This document shows, piece after piece, positions 10,681-25,050 of a DNA stretch of 64,000 nucleotides. Location: contig OX597818.1 in assembly GCA_951406725.2 (NCBI GenBank), positions 6,448,001 to 6,512,000 on the forward strand, read 5' to 3'. Every line of letters begins with the position of its first letter. The first letter of the stretch is position 1. The position numbers and the translations under genes were made by a program. The notes under the pieces were generated by a model. That model was not told where the DNA came from, ran no database searches, and saw nothing but the letters and a program-made list of their open reading frames with translations. Source of the stretch: Octopus vulgaris. Taxonomy: Eukaryota.

Positions 10681-12938
10681 TTTTCATTTGTTTTGGTTTT
10701 GCTGCAATTTTTACGAGTTATCATCATGTCCGATCCATAGATTTTAAGGGACAAGAAATATTTTATCTGAAAATGCAAACAGGTGAGGCACCATGCAACT
10801 GAAAATTCTGATGTCTGAGGGATAAAAAATATCAGAGTGCGTAAGACTGCATTTACGTGGAGAGGAATTTACGTAGAATAATTTACGTAGAATAATTTTG
10901 AAATTAGCTTATTTTGGAGCTGCTAAGTTTTAGTCTACATACTGATTTGCTTCTAATTGCCGTAATAATAATAGGCGATGTTGTTGATTGAGCACCCGAT
11001 AACAGTTCATTTCTATGTGTCGCTATGGAACTTCAATTGTAAACTATTTATGATTTACAACCTCATAGAAACTTTTCATGTTTACTTCATAAACGTGATT
11101 TCGAAGAATATCACCAGTTTTATCAAATACACTTCTCTTCTTTAAAAGGATTAGCAGCTTACATTTTCCCAAGCGTTAACATTACTTTCTCGAATATCTT
11201 CTTCCAGATATTTGCTATTTAGTATTCTTGTTTGTGTTTTCTGCTTTGCTATAATATATTGACAAGTTTCTTCCTTTATTTTTCCTTTTTTTCAGTATGG
11301 CATATTGAGGGACTTTATTAGAACCAATCTCTGTTTCATCAGATATTTTCACCGTGACTGAATAAATTGAGTTATTTAGCATGTTGCTGCTTTGCTTCTG
11401 CTGAAGCAATTTTTTGGTTCGTCTGGACACACTTCCCCAGGGTATTTCTATGTATTTCCAGTAGATTAAGGAAATCGTTCCTTTCATATCAACTGCCGAT
11501 TTGCTTTTGTATTCTGTGTATTATTTATTCTAGAATGGATGCTTCATTTTGCCATGTCTGTCATGATATTTCTTATTTTTCTGTGTTGTAATGTATGCGA
11601 TTTAGAGAGATTATATGCATTTCTCTTATGCCTTTGATCCATTAATATTATCTAAACCCAATGAAATCTTTCTAACTTCAGTTTTCAATAATTTTTCATT
11701 CAGGTTGTTAGGTAATTTTTTGATTACTAATCTCCTCCTTATGTTATCATCCGCTTCTATGTGTTGTGACATACTTTTCTTGTTTTTTTTTTTTTGTTTT
11801 CTACTCCTTTCGTCATTTGCTGATAGATTAACTTTTTACCAAGCAAAAGATTTATCAGATATTTTATTAATGCTTCTTGAAACACTTTCCGTTTCTTATA
11901 TAAATCATCATGTATTCCTTTATAAATCGACTTTGTATTTTGTCTTATATCTGTTGTCTCCCATCATATTATATGGCTAGATATAACTCTAGTATGGGCG
12001 TTAGTTATTTTCACTTGGTATATGTTTTTTTTTTCAAGTGGATCTCTATTTTGATTTTGATAGTTACGAGGAATTTTATTTGCGCGTATACGATTGTAGT
12101 AAAAACATATTTTTGTTAAGACCAATTTGTAAGTGCATACACTCTTCATTACATCAATATATATATATATGGTGACCTGTTGGGTCACCTACAATGTCTG
12201 GGTTTTCCAAAAACGGAGTTTATTTCGTGGCGATTTTTCTTACAGGTAATTTCGTATGCTTTCAACAAATAACATACAAATCACGCGTAACCGACTCCTT
12301 TCACTGGAAAAGGAAAGATTTGGCGACTGTTTCTTGCACGTCCTGCTACCACGTAACACCTATTTCGGGTCCTTTATTTCGGATAGCTTTTACGTAGTAG
12401 CAGGGTGTGCTAGAAATAGCAGCTAAATCTTTGGAGCTGAGATGCTTTGAATGCACACCAAAAACTATTTGTAATGGTTTCCTTTGCACCGATCTTTCGC
12501 ATTGATTCTCATAACTGTCGCTTTGTCTCTCAGAACTGTCATCCAGATCAGCTGGTTTTGTTTGTTAATTTCTCTAACAAAGTTTTATTTATTTGCTTTT
12601 GTTTTACAGTGAAAGAGAGGAGGAAGTGAAAGATGTATGATCGTGTATATGAAATGGCTGTGTGCTTTTGTGAGTGAGATAGAGAGAGAGATACAGTTCC
12701 ACTTACACCTACATGAGAACACACAGGTTCATTCACTCAATCTCTCTCTCTCACACACACACACACATGTACGCGTGCATAAAAAAAGACGTACGCGTGC
12801 ATAAAACAAAGATGTACGCATATGCATTGATATATGTACGTATACATGACAGCACCTCCCTTCACTCATTCTTTCTTTTTCTTTCTCTCTAGTCTTCTGT
12901 CTCATTTTTCTCTCTTCCTCTCTCTCTCTTTCTCTCCG

Positions 12939-12970
<32 letters not shown>

Positions 12971-13717
12971 GTACACACGTCCATTTCATATACACGTGTA
13001 TACATCTTCAACTTTCTCCTTTCTTTCCCTTTAAAATAATAGTAGATAATAATTAACGTACCCCAGATGATAGTTTTGTCAGTCAAAGCGAATGATCCCC
13101 ATTTACTTCAAAATAATTAAAAGAACATTAAAATATTCTCTGTTTAAAGAAAGATTAAACATAAATACTTACAGTACAAACAAATTATATTTTTCAAATA
13201 ACAGTCGAAAATATTTCTAAACGATTAAGATATTGTGTAGGCCAAAAAGTCGAAGTTTTATTATCCTTAGAGAATGCGAAGACTATGTGCGTGTATATGT
13301 CACAGATAGAAAATCCGATGTTCGTGTTGAGTAACAAGCCAAGACATCCATTATATGTGTGTGTATTCTGTATGTGTGTATGTGTGTTGACGTCACGGAG
13401 CCATGTGATTTTTGTCAAGAAATAACAAACAGAAATTGTTTAATCGTTTTCATTAATAAACAGACGTCGAAATATCAAAAAAAAAAAAATTGTACTGCGC
13501 TGCTAAAGGTCAGTATGAAAATAAAGAAGCTATACAAATTCATATAAAATATACTATTTCTGAGATATTTCAGGCACAAACAAACATCTCAAGTGTTTAG
13601 TGTTATTAAGATGAACAGACACAAGAACACACTCATGCAACCACACAAAATATATGTACGCACATACATATATGCTTATCTATATCTATATCTATCAATA
13701 TATTTATGCATGTATAC

Positions 13718-13814
<97 letters not shown>

Positions 13815-13827
13815 CATATATATATAT

Positions 13828-14230
13828 TCTCTTATTCTTTTGCCTGTTTCAGTCATTTGACTGCGGTCATGCTGGGTCACAGCCTTTTAGTCGAACAAAT
13901 CGCCACCACGACTTCTTTTTTGTAAGCCTAGTACTTATTCTATCGGTCTCATTTGCCGAACCGCTAAGTTACGGTGACAAAAACACACCAGCATCCGTTG
14001 TCAAGCGATGGTGCTGGAACAAACACAGACACACAAACATATCCAACACACACACACACACATATATATGACGGGCTTCTTTCAGTTTCCGGCTACCAAA
14101 TTCATTCACAAGGCTTTGGGCGACTCGAGGCTATATTAGAAGACACTTACCAAGGTGCCATGCAGTGGGACTGAACCCGGAGGGACCATGTGATTGGTAA
14201 GGAAGCTACTTACCACGCTACGCCTGCATC
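13828..14230 (-). mobile_element. tRNA-derived SINE, family 2
   Basis: It is the reverse complement of the consensus seen at 38204-38597 and 50286-50708. Confidence 0.8.
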
Positions 14231-14233
14231 TAG

Positions 14234-14322
<89 letters not shown>

Positions 14323-14494
14323 TAATAACAAAGGGTAAAATTAATTAATTAACTAGTAATCAATCATTTCACCAAGTAGAATTCGGCATGAAAAAGGACC
14401 ATTTCTCGGTAAACTCAAGTAATACTTTATAATTAGGGTTCTGCAAAGATTTGCTTTGCCACATACCAAAGTTTAGAAATAGCAGTCAAAGATC

Positions 14495-14816
14495 CTTAGC
14501 TATTTCCTCTACTTTAAAGAAGCTCCCGGGCGGAAACAAAGTACCCGCAAGCAATCCACGCAGGCAGAGAGGAAAAATAACGAAAATCAATCGATATTTG
14601 ATTAACAATGTACGCGTTTCGGAAATAGATTGGTATCTAATGTTTGGGTAAAGTATAAATTCTACATTCTTTATACCAATCTAATTCCGAAACGTGTACA
14701 TGGATAATCAAATATCGATTAATTTTCGTTATTTTTCCTCTCTGCCTGCGTGGATTGTTTTCGAGTACTTTGTTTCTGTCCGGGAGCTTCTTTTTAAAGT
14801 AGAGGAAATAGCTAAG
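14495..14816. repeat. Long inverted repeat (~140-bp arms, ~35-bp spacer), probably an inverted PLE pLTR remnant
   Basis: 14495-14636 is the reverse complement of 14673-14816 with scattered mismatches. It lies near a (TA)n tract. Confidence 0.8.
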
Positions 14817-14924
14817 TGGTCAACTTTTGTTGGCGGATCTTGAATACATAGGAAGCCTTTGATTCTCTCTGCGGTATCATGCATAATAACAACAGTACAG
14901 ATTTTTGTATCATCATCATCATCA

Positions 14925-15622
<698 letters not shown>

Positions 15623-15623
15623 G

Positions 15624-15658
<35 letters not shown>

Positions 15659-15665
15659 GATTATG

Positions 15666-15704
<39 letters not shown>

Positions 15705-15705
<1 letters not shown>

Positions 15706-18201
15706 TTTCAAATTTGCTTCCATTTCTTGCCGAGTGTCTTCCCGACTCCTAGGCCAAAGAAACTCATTGTATACATTGGTAGGTCATTAAACTAAACTCA
15801 CTAGTTCGTTCATTTTTTAAAAAATAGAAATAAAGTTAAATTAAAATACATGGGTAGTAATAATTGTCACATCGACAATGCTCTTCTCAATACGTGTGAT
15901 GTACCAGTTAAGACAATCTTTTGCACTTCTTGCAGGGATGGTAAGCCAGGGATCATTCTCATATAATTTTCGGTTCCCTTCTTGATCATTCCTAGTGCTC
16001 CTACGATCACTGGTATTGTAACCGCCTTGAGATGCCACAATTTCTCAATTTCAATGAGAAAGTCTTTATATTTTCTGAGCTTGTCAAATTCTTTCCCCGA
16101 GATATTATGATCACAGGGGATGCTCATGTCGATCAATAAGCAAACTTTATTGTTTTGGTCTTTCACAACAATATCCGATTTATTGGCTTTGATGGTTCGG
16201 TCTGTATGTACTGGAGAGTCCCACAGAATCGTTACATTTTCTCCTTCAGTTACAGCTTCAGGTGCTTATACCACTTGTCGGCAGTTTTGATCTTGTAATG
16301 CCGACTTATTAGCCAGTGTAGATATTGGCCAACTGTGTCGTGTCTTAATTTATACTCCGCTGGGGCTAAGACTTTATATCCAGAGATTAGGTGGTCCATT
16401 GTTTCAATCATGTCGTTGCAGAATTGGCATTTTGGGTCTGCTCCATTTTTCATCACATTGGCCTGGTAGTTCCGGGTTAATAGGCTTTGATCTTGAGCAG
16501 CCTGGATGAAACCTTCGCTCTTTGCTTTTAGCCCAGATCTCCGTAGCCACTGATGGGTTTGCTTCTGGTCAACATCAGCTTGTTTGCTACAGGCCACATA
16601 TTTGCCGTGCAGAGGTTTCTCCTCCCACCTATCAGCCAATTGCTCGTGCGCTTTTTTCGTTGCCATTATTTTCACCTTCTTTGCAACAATAGTTGCCGTA
16701 CTTCCCTCGGGTTGTTCAGTTTGGGTATCCTGCACGAGATCAATAGCAAATGTTTTGCTTTCCTTTATGATAGAATGAAGCTTCTTTCGTCTCTCGTGAT
16801 TTTCCACGAGCTTTAGCATCCAGTCGTTCGTTATTTCAAGATATTTGGCCAGTCCAATTGTGGTTGTTTTGTAAGCTAGTTCAAATTGGATGAGGCCTCG
16901 ACCTCCTTGGGCTCTGGGGAGGTAAAGGCGATCTACGTCTGCCTTTGGGTGGTGCATCCTATTACAACTCAGCAGCTTGCGTAAATTCCTATCTATTTTT
17001 TTTTACTTCACTCGTATTCCAGTTCAACACATTGTAGCTATAAGTAACAACTGGAACTGCTAAGGAATTTATAGCTAACACCTTGTTACGTGCATTTAGT
17101 TCAGATTTCAGGACTGCTCAAACTCTCCTATAACATTCCTTCCTGATCTTCTCTTTCATGCTTGCATGCTGAATACCAGAGCCTTCATTTATCCCTAAAT
17201 ATTTGTAGGTTTGTTCTTGCTCAAGCTCTCTTATGACTGTGTCAACACCTAACACGACTGAATTTGTGGTCTTCACTTTCCCTTTCTGGAAAGTGGCCTT
17301 GGCACACTTCTCAAGCCCAAACTCCATCCAGATGTCATCACTGAATGCTTTCACAGTGCGCAATAGGCCTTCAAGTTCATTATCGTCTTTACCATAGAGT
17401 TTTAAGTCATCCATATAAAATAGATGGCTTATTTTTTTATTGACAATTTTATACCCATACCCTGTTCTGTTTAATTCACTTGTAAGGGGTATTAGGGTTA
17501 TGCAGAATTTTAGAGGTGAAAGTGAGTCACCTTGAAAAATGCCACAGTTGATGTTTATATTCTCTGAGGCAAGTACTCCATTAGAGTGGTATAACTGGAG
17601 ATTCGTATTCCACAACGACATATTATGCTTCAGGAAGCTTGAAATCACAGGGGTAATTTTGAAGATGTCCAGTGATTTTAACATCCATGAATGCGGTATA
17701 CTGTCGAAGGCCTTTTTATAGTCAATCCATGCGGAGCTGAGATTTCTGTGCTTGTTGTGACAGTTCTCGAGGATCATACGATTAATTAGCAGTTGATCTT
17801 TGCATCCGTATGAGCCTCGGCGGCACCCTTTTTGTTCAGTAGGGAAAATATCGTTCTTCTCCATGAATGCATATGTTTTCTCCGCCAGGATAGATGTTTA
17901 GATTTTATACGTGATGGATAAACTGGTTATAGGCCGATAGTTTTTTGGAAGTTTGGTTTCGTTATTCTTTGGGAGTAGGTAATAATACCACTTGCTAACC
18001 ATTCAGGTGTTTTCTTTGGGTCTCTCATAATTCCATTGAGCAACTGAACTAGCTTACTGTGTGCGCATGTGAGCGATGAGAGCCAGGAATTCGGCACCCT
18101 ATCTTTACCGGGGGATTTCCAATTATGGGCCTTCGTGAGTGCCTTTCTTAGGTCTGCTATTGTGATGTCTTCCCATGCTTGTTGTTGTAAATTTTGGTAG
18201 G
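15705..18201 (-). mobile_element. 5'-truncated Dong copy (family C) with frameshifts
   Basis: ORFs 17118-17864 (FQGDSLSP, FYMDDLKL), 16250-16957 and 15867-16166 (RLE C-terminus). (ATT)n lies on both sides. Confidence 0.9.
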
Positions 18202-18319
<118 letters not shown>

Positions 18320-18364
18320 ATTATTATTATTATTATCATTATTATTATTATTATTATTATTAAA

Positions 18365-18550
18365 TCAATGAGCTTACTGAACCGTTGGTACGCTGTCAAA
18401 ATGCTTAGAGGCTTTTCGTCTGTCGCTATATTCTGAGTTCAAATTTCACCGAGGCCAAGTCTGTCTTTCATTCTTTTGGGAGTCGATTAAATAATTACCA
18501 GCTCCGCACTTGGTCGATGTAATTCACTTAAATCCCTTCCACCAAATTCA
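18365..18550 (+). mobile_element. Degenerate SINE, family 1
   Basis: Contains ttctgagttcaaatttcaccgaggccaag..tttcattctttt..gtcgat. Confidence 0.6.
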
Positions 18551-18554
18551 CTAT

Positions 18555-19470
18555 TTTATCAAGCAGACTGCAAAAAAATATGGACAGAAACAAGTTCAGG
18601 AGCGGACAGTATATATTTCGAAGTCGAAATGCTGATGTAGACCAAGCAACAACGCATTAGAATCTGAAGATTTCATATTGACGGCACAAGAAAAAAAACT
18701 TGCTTGCAAACACTACCAGGCTAACGTTCTTCAAAATGGATTTCACCTTTAATGCAGGTTCTGTGACACATTTCAGAAAGCAATAAACCATCTGACCTCG
18801 GGATGTCCTGTGCTCACACCCAACGACTACAAACATCGCCACGATAAGTTAGGACAATATTTACAGTGGAAAATATGTAAGCACTACAAAATCAGCACTC
18901 CTGCTTATTTGTATCAACATCATCCTGAGCCATTTGTAAAAATGCCACTATCCTTTGTGATTTCCAGTCAACACAAAGAAAACTATCCAGGATAATCGAC
19001 CAGACATAATAATTAAAGACTAGGAAGAAAATATTTGTATTCTAATAAATGTAAGTGTTCCCTGTTAAAGATATATCTGTGAGGGAAGTTCACAAATTAA
19101 GTAAATTTAAGGACCTGCAAGTTGAAATACAAAAGATATGGCATCTTAAATCAAGAACTGCTCCTCTTACTGTAGGTGCCCTATATATGATAAAAAATGG
19201 ATATCAAAACATCTAGATAAGATCCTAGGATTATCATGTCACAGAGTAATTAAAAAGATTACGCCTACAAGTACTGGCTACATACTTAGGAAAACCCAAT
19301 CTATTTAAATGTCTGTGTTGTATTGCATGAAAATATTTCCCTACTGCCCCTGCCACTTGCCCTTTCAAAGCTTTAAGTCATTCTGTAACATCCACTATGC
19401 TTCACTCACCGTAGAACGCTGGGTGTGTTTCGGCAAGTGATTGTAACACACGTGCTGATTAAATATAACC
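18555..19470 (+). mobile_element. Degenerate 3' fragment of a family B-like Dong element
   Basis: It reads LTPNDYKHRHDKLGQYLQWKICKHYK, and its 3' UTR resembles the reverse complement of 5921-6075. Confidence 0.8.
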
Positions 19471-19588
19471 TAATAATGATAATATTAATCCTACCTACTA
19501 AAGGCACAATGATTGTATTTTGTAGGCACAATGATTGGATTTCGATACAATCACACTCAGTACTCAACGATTCTGCCACCTTGCCGCC

Positions 19589-19637
<49 letters not shown>

Positions 19638-19638
<1 letters not shown>

Positions 19639-20492
19639 TCTGCTTGGCACTGTCACCTCTATCGGATATGCTAAACAGAACAGGATGCGGATATAAATTT
19701 TACGGCAAAAAGATCAGCCACCTTTTATGTATGGATGACCTAAAATTATACGCTACAAATGACAAACAGCTGGTAACACTACTAAAGACAGTTCATGGAT
19801 TTACCAAAGAAATAAATATGAAATTTGGATTAGAGAAATGCGCCAAAGTAACCCTGAAAAGAGGAAAACTAGTTAAGAGTAGCAACATCACACTAGATAA
19901 AACCAATGAAATAAAAGAGTTAGACCAAAGCCAAACTTACATATATTTAGGAATCCATGAACTAGATAAGACACAACACACACAAATGATAGAGAAAATA
20001 AAAAAAGAATATTATAGACGAGTTAGATCAATACTGAAAACAGAGCTCAATGCTAAAAACAAGATAATAGGTATCAACACTTTAGCCGTCCCAGTTATAA
20101 GTTACAGCTACAATATCCTTAACTGGGCACTAAATGAACTGACCAAAATAGATAGGAAAACAAGAAAAATAATGACAGGATCTAGGATGCATCACCCAAA
20201 ATCTGACATAGAAAGACTATATATACAACGTATAGATGGTGGTAGAGGCCTTATACAGCTGGAAAACTACTATAAAATAACCACCATAGGACTGCAAAAA
20301 TATCTACTTCAGAAGGAAGGAAAACTGTTACAAATAGCGGCAAAACACGAGCAAAACAAAAAACTGTTCTCAGTATTTAAGGAAGCTGACAAATACAAAC
20401 AAGAAATCATACCAACTAACAAATATGAAGAAGAAGAAGAAGAAGAAGAAGAAGAAGAAGAAGAAGAAGAAGAAGAAGAAGAAGAAGAAGAA

Positions 20493-20524
<32 letters not shown>

Positions 20525-21453
20525 AACAACAAAAGCTATAAAACAAATGAAATCCAAACTAAAAATAGAACAGCAACGAACCATTATAAAACTATGGCAA
20601 GAAAAGCTCCTTCATGGCAAATACTGGACTAAACTAAATGCAAAAGAAATAGACAAAGAAAAATCCCAACAATGGTTGAGAAGCTCAGGACTCAAAGCAG
20701 AGACAGAAGGATTTTTAATTGCAGCTCAAGATCAAGCCTCACCACCAGAAATTACCAAAAACATGTAATGAAAAGAAATATAACAAGTAACTGCAGAATA
20801 TGTGGAGATGGACAAGAAACAATAAACCATATTATCTCTGGCTGCCCAGTCCTGGCTAAGAAGGAATATATTCACAAACACGACAGAGTTGGGACCTATA
20901 TACACTGGAAACTTTGCCAATATTATGGAATAACAACAGAAAAAAGACGGTATAAGCACACACCAGAAAAGGTCACAGAAAACGAGAAAGCAAACATACT
21001 CTGGGATATGCCAATACACACATATAGAGAAATTAAAGCCAACAGACCAGATATAGTTGTCAGAGATCACGAAGAAAAAATGTTTTCTAATTGATGTATC
21101 AATACCAGCGGATGACAACGTGTCTCTAAAAGAAATGGAGAAACTTTCAAAATACAAAGACCTGGAAATAGAGGTAACCAGAATGTGGAATCTAAAAACA
21201 GAAACAATTCCTATCATAATAGGTGCATTAGGCATGAGAAAACATTATTCAGACAAATACATAACAAAAACACCAGGACTTACAAACACATAAAACATAC
21301 AGAAAATTGCACAACTAGGCACTGCACACATCCTACGCAGAACACTTTCCATACAATAACCATCAGAGCATCACAACAAATCACAGCACATACCCAAGGC
21401 ACACAGAGCTGCGCTCGGTAGTGAAGTGAAAGCACGCTATAAAACATATACTA

Positions 21454-21456
<3 letters not shown>
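19638..21456 (+). mobile_element. 5'-truncated Dong family A copy with an in-frame (GAA)n expansion
   Basis: ORFs 19644-20768, 20672-21094 and 21057-21293 cover the RT C-terminus and the RLE domain with frameshifts. (AAT)n lies on both sides. Confidence 0.9.
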
Positions 21457-21509
<53 letters not shown>

Positions 21510-21816
21510 CAACAACAATAATAATAATAACAATAATAATAATAATATGTAGAAGAAGAAGAAGAAGAAGAAGAAGAAGAAGAAGAAGAAGAAGAAGAAG
21601 AAGAAGAAGAAGAAGAAGAAGAAGAAGAAGCAGAAGAAGAAGAAGTATCATTATCTAATACAATTTCCACCAACGTCCTAACGTACCGGAAACATGTTTG
21701 TAACATCCTTCCCCACCAGGATTTGCATGAAATATAAGCATCATGTCGTAGATACAGCAGAAAAGAAAGGAAATAACCAAATACATACGTGCATCAACGA
21801 ATATAAATATACATAC

Positions 21817-21876
<60 letters not shown>

Positions 21877-21878
<2 letters not shown>

Positions 21879-21948
21879 TTTGATACTTTGATACTTTGAT
21901 AGGTTTCGGCCATTATTGGCCCAGGCCATGTCTAACTTAATAGCACCA

Positions 21949-21952
<4 letters not shown>
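21877..21952 (-). mobile_element. Very short 3' tail of a CR1/L2-type LINE
   Basis: It reads aggtggtgctattaagttagacatggcctg followed by a hairpin and (tatcaaag)n, matching the 3' end of 58605-58930. Confidence 0.65.
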
Positions 21953-22034
<82 letters not shown>

Positions 22035-22349
22035 AACACACACAAACACACAATTTGTTTTTAAAATGTATTTGCACGTGGACGGCTGATGCCTGTTTTT
22101 CTCCTTCCTTTTTATTTTTGACCATCCTATATCTCCTCTTTCTGAAGAAGCGCTATGCTCGGAATGTAAAACACCCACTCGTTTTTCTTTCTTTTTGCCT
22201 CTCTTTAATACTCTGCATGTAGTAAGGCGTCGCGTTGTTGTTTTTTATTGTCTTTTTGTCTCTGTTTTCTTAATCAACTATTTACTGCACGCTCACACAG
22301 ACACCCGTTCTTTCCGATTAGCTTTGGAGTACCTTGATTGTGAATCATT

Positions 22350-22422
<73 letters not shown>

Positions 22423-22456
22423 ATATATATAAATATATATATGTATGTGTGTGTAA

Positions 22457-22515
<59 letters not shown>

Positions 22516-23904
22516 CATACATACGTGTATATATATATATAAGCGTATATATATATATATATATTTGAAATATATAGAAAACAAAGACGAAGACATGTGT
22601 AGGAACAAGTAAGTGTATTAGTTTGACTCTCGGTGAAAATGGAAAAGTCTTTTACCTGTCGGTACTAGAGAACGGAGTAAGCGGAAACATATAGAGAGCG
22701 AAAAATGAAAATAATGTGTTGAGTTCAGTGTTCCAATGAGCATATATGTATGAGTAATAAATGTGACTTATTCGCAATTTACAATCGTAAGACGTCGCTA
22801 AAAACTACAGGTACAATTTAGCACCTGCATTGCTAGAAATAAAAAATCAAAGCAACACTTAGCCAAGAGAAATCATTTGTCTTATGACTGACAGGGGATG
22901 CTAGCTCCCTACAGCATCTGGGATGTAGCCAGATCACCAGTAATTTCACATTTCATTAATGCACGCCAGTGGCTCTCATAAACTGCCTAGTTTCAAGCTC
23001 GCTTGCATTGTCACTTAATAAGACTTACCGTAGAAATTGCGCGCTGATTTCGCAAATGGTAAGGAAATAATAGGATGATATGTATTGATAAGATTACTCT
23101 ATCGCTATATATTACATATCGATAAGATTACTTTATCGCTATATATTTCGAGGCCAATATCTAATCGAATGAAATTGAGTTGTTTTCAGAGATACAATGT
23201 ATAATGCAAAATAATCTGTTCAATGCTCTAAGTTACCGCCTCGCTACTATTAATGAGTGTAAAAGCGTTCAAGAATATTTACTTACAGAGGGGATGTAAT
23301 ATATTTTATCATTTACTTGTTTCAGTCATTAGACTGCAACCGTGCTACTGTACGGTTATGAAGAATTTTAGTCAATTTGATTGTATCCAGTACTTATTTA
23401 TCAAGTCGGGTACTTAGTCTATCGACTTTTTTTTGCCAAGCCGCAAGGTTACGGCTTTATAAGTTATTCAGATGAAAGAGAATATTAAAATGTAAGTGAA
23501 AGAGATGACTGTAAAGAAGAAAAGAGATTTGATATAGAACTTCTGATTTTTTAAATGAATGCACAGCAAATTTAAAATATAACAAAATGCATTGAAATGG
23601 GCTAAAGAATATGACGTGTGAGACCAAAACAATATCTGGAAACCAAAATTAAAAACGTGCTATAAGGGAAATTATGTTAAAAACATGCAATTATTTTTTA
23701 AAAACTCTTTTCATTTGAAAACACAAATAATTGAAAGAACAAAATTGAAAGAAAGAAAAAGTTATCGAGATTTTTCAATAATTGTATGATATAACAGCCT
23801 AAAAGTAAATTGTTGAACAAACGTTAAATATTTAAATCCAAGAATTAAATTGATAACGGTTTCAAAATTTTCAGTACAATGACAGTAGTTTTGAAGGCGG
23901 TTTT

Positions 23905-24290
23905 AAATCGATTTCATCCGCCCCAGAGTTCAAATGGTACGCATTTTATCGACACCGAAAGGATCAAAGGCAGAGCTGACCTCCATGGTATTTGAACTCA
24001 GAACGTAAAGCCGGATGAAATGCCACGATTCTGCCAGTTCGCCAACTTAATAATTAAATTAATAAACTAAAGGCGGTGACATAGCAGACTCGTCATCACG
24101 CTGGGCAAAAGCCTTGGCGTCATTTTCTCGGTCTTTACGTTTTGAGTTCAAATTCCACAGAGGTCGACTTTGCTTTCATCCTTTTGAAGTCGATAAGATA
24201 GGTACAAGTGTAACACTGGGGTTGATGAAATTGACTTATCCTTTTCTCCAAACTTTCTGGACTTTTGCCAAAATTTGACAACAGTAGTGT
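23905..24290. mobile_element. Two divergent family 1 SINEs (minus 23905-24050, plus 24070-24290)
   Basis: tttgaactcagaacgtaaag on the left copy and gagttcaaattccacagaggtcgactttgc on the right copy. Confidence 0.7.
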
Positions 24291-24674
24291 TCAGAAAACT
24301 TAACCTATTTTTTGTAAAAATGAACGAAAATACCATAGGTATCTCTGCAAATATTCATTTTCCCTGGGATGAAATATTGAAATTTACACTCATTTATAGA
24401 AGGAGATCTTACTAGTTTAGGCCATGATGGACAATTGCATTTAGAAAGAATACCTGCACAAACAAAAAACTCGTTAAGAATACTTTGTATTGACAACTAA
24501 CAAAATTTGTATGCAAGTAAAACAACCTGAGCCTTATTTTATGTCAATTTAGTATATTTTCTAAGCACAGGATCAAGGAGGCTGTAATCGCACTGTATAC
24601 AATTTACATTTTATCAGGTTATTTCCGTTTATTATATAGTTGGTATACGACAAAACTATTATATGAATTTGAAT

Positions 24675-25050
24675 GCCGGCGAGCTGGTAGAAACATTAGC
24701 ACGCCGGGCGAAACGCTTAGCGGTATTTCGTCTGCCGCTACGTTCTGAGTTCAAATTCCGCCGAGGTCGACTTTCCCTTTCATTCTTTCGTACGGGGGTC
24801 GATATAATCGACTTAATCCGTTTGTCTGCCCTTGTGTGTCCCCTCTGTGTTTAGCCCCTTTTGGGTAGTAAAGAAATAGGTATTTCATCCGTCGCTACGT
24901 TCTGAGTTTAAATTCTGCCGAGGTCGACTTCGCCTTTCATCCTTTCGGGGTTGGTAAAATATGTACCAGTGAATCACTGGGGTCGATGTAATCGACTAGT
25001 ATTCCTCCACCCCCAAATTTCAGTTTCTGTGACTATATTAGAATGTATTA
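24675..25050 (+). mobile_element. Family 1 SINE with an internally duplicated body
   Basis: Head ggcgagctggtagaaacattagc. The core ctacgttctgagtt..gaggtcgactt occurs twice. Confidence 0.75.

Noticed and set aside
11020-12120. Host gene exon or transposase in AT-rich sequence
   Set aside because: Only short ORFs with no recognisable motif.
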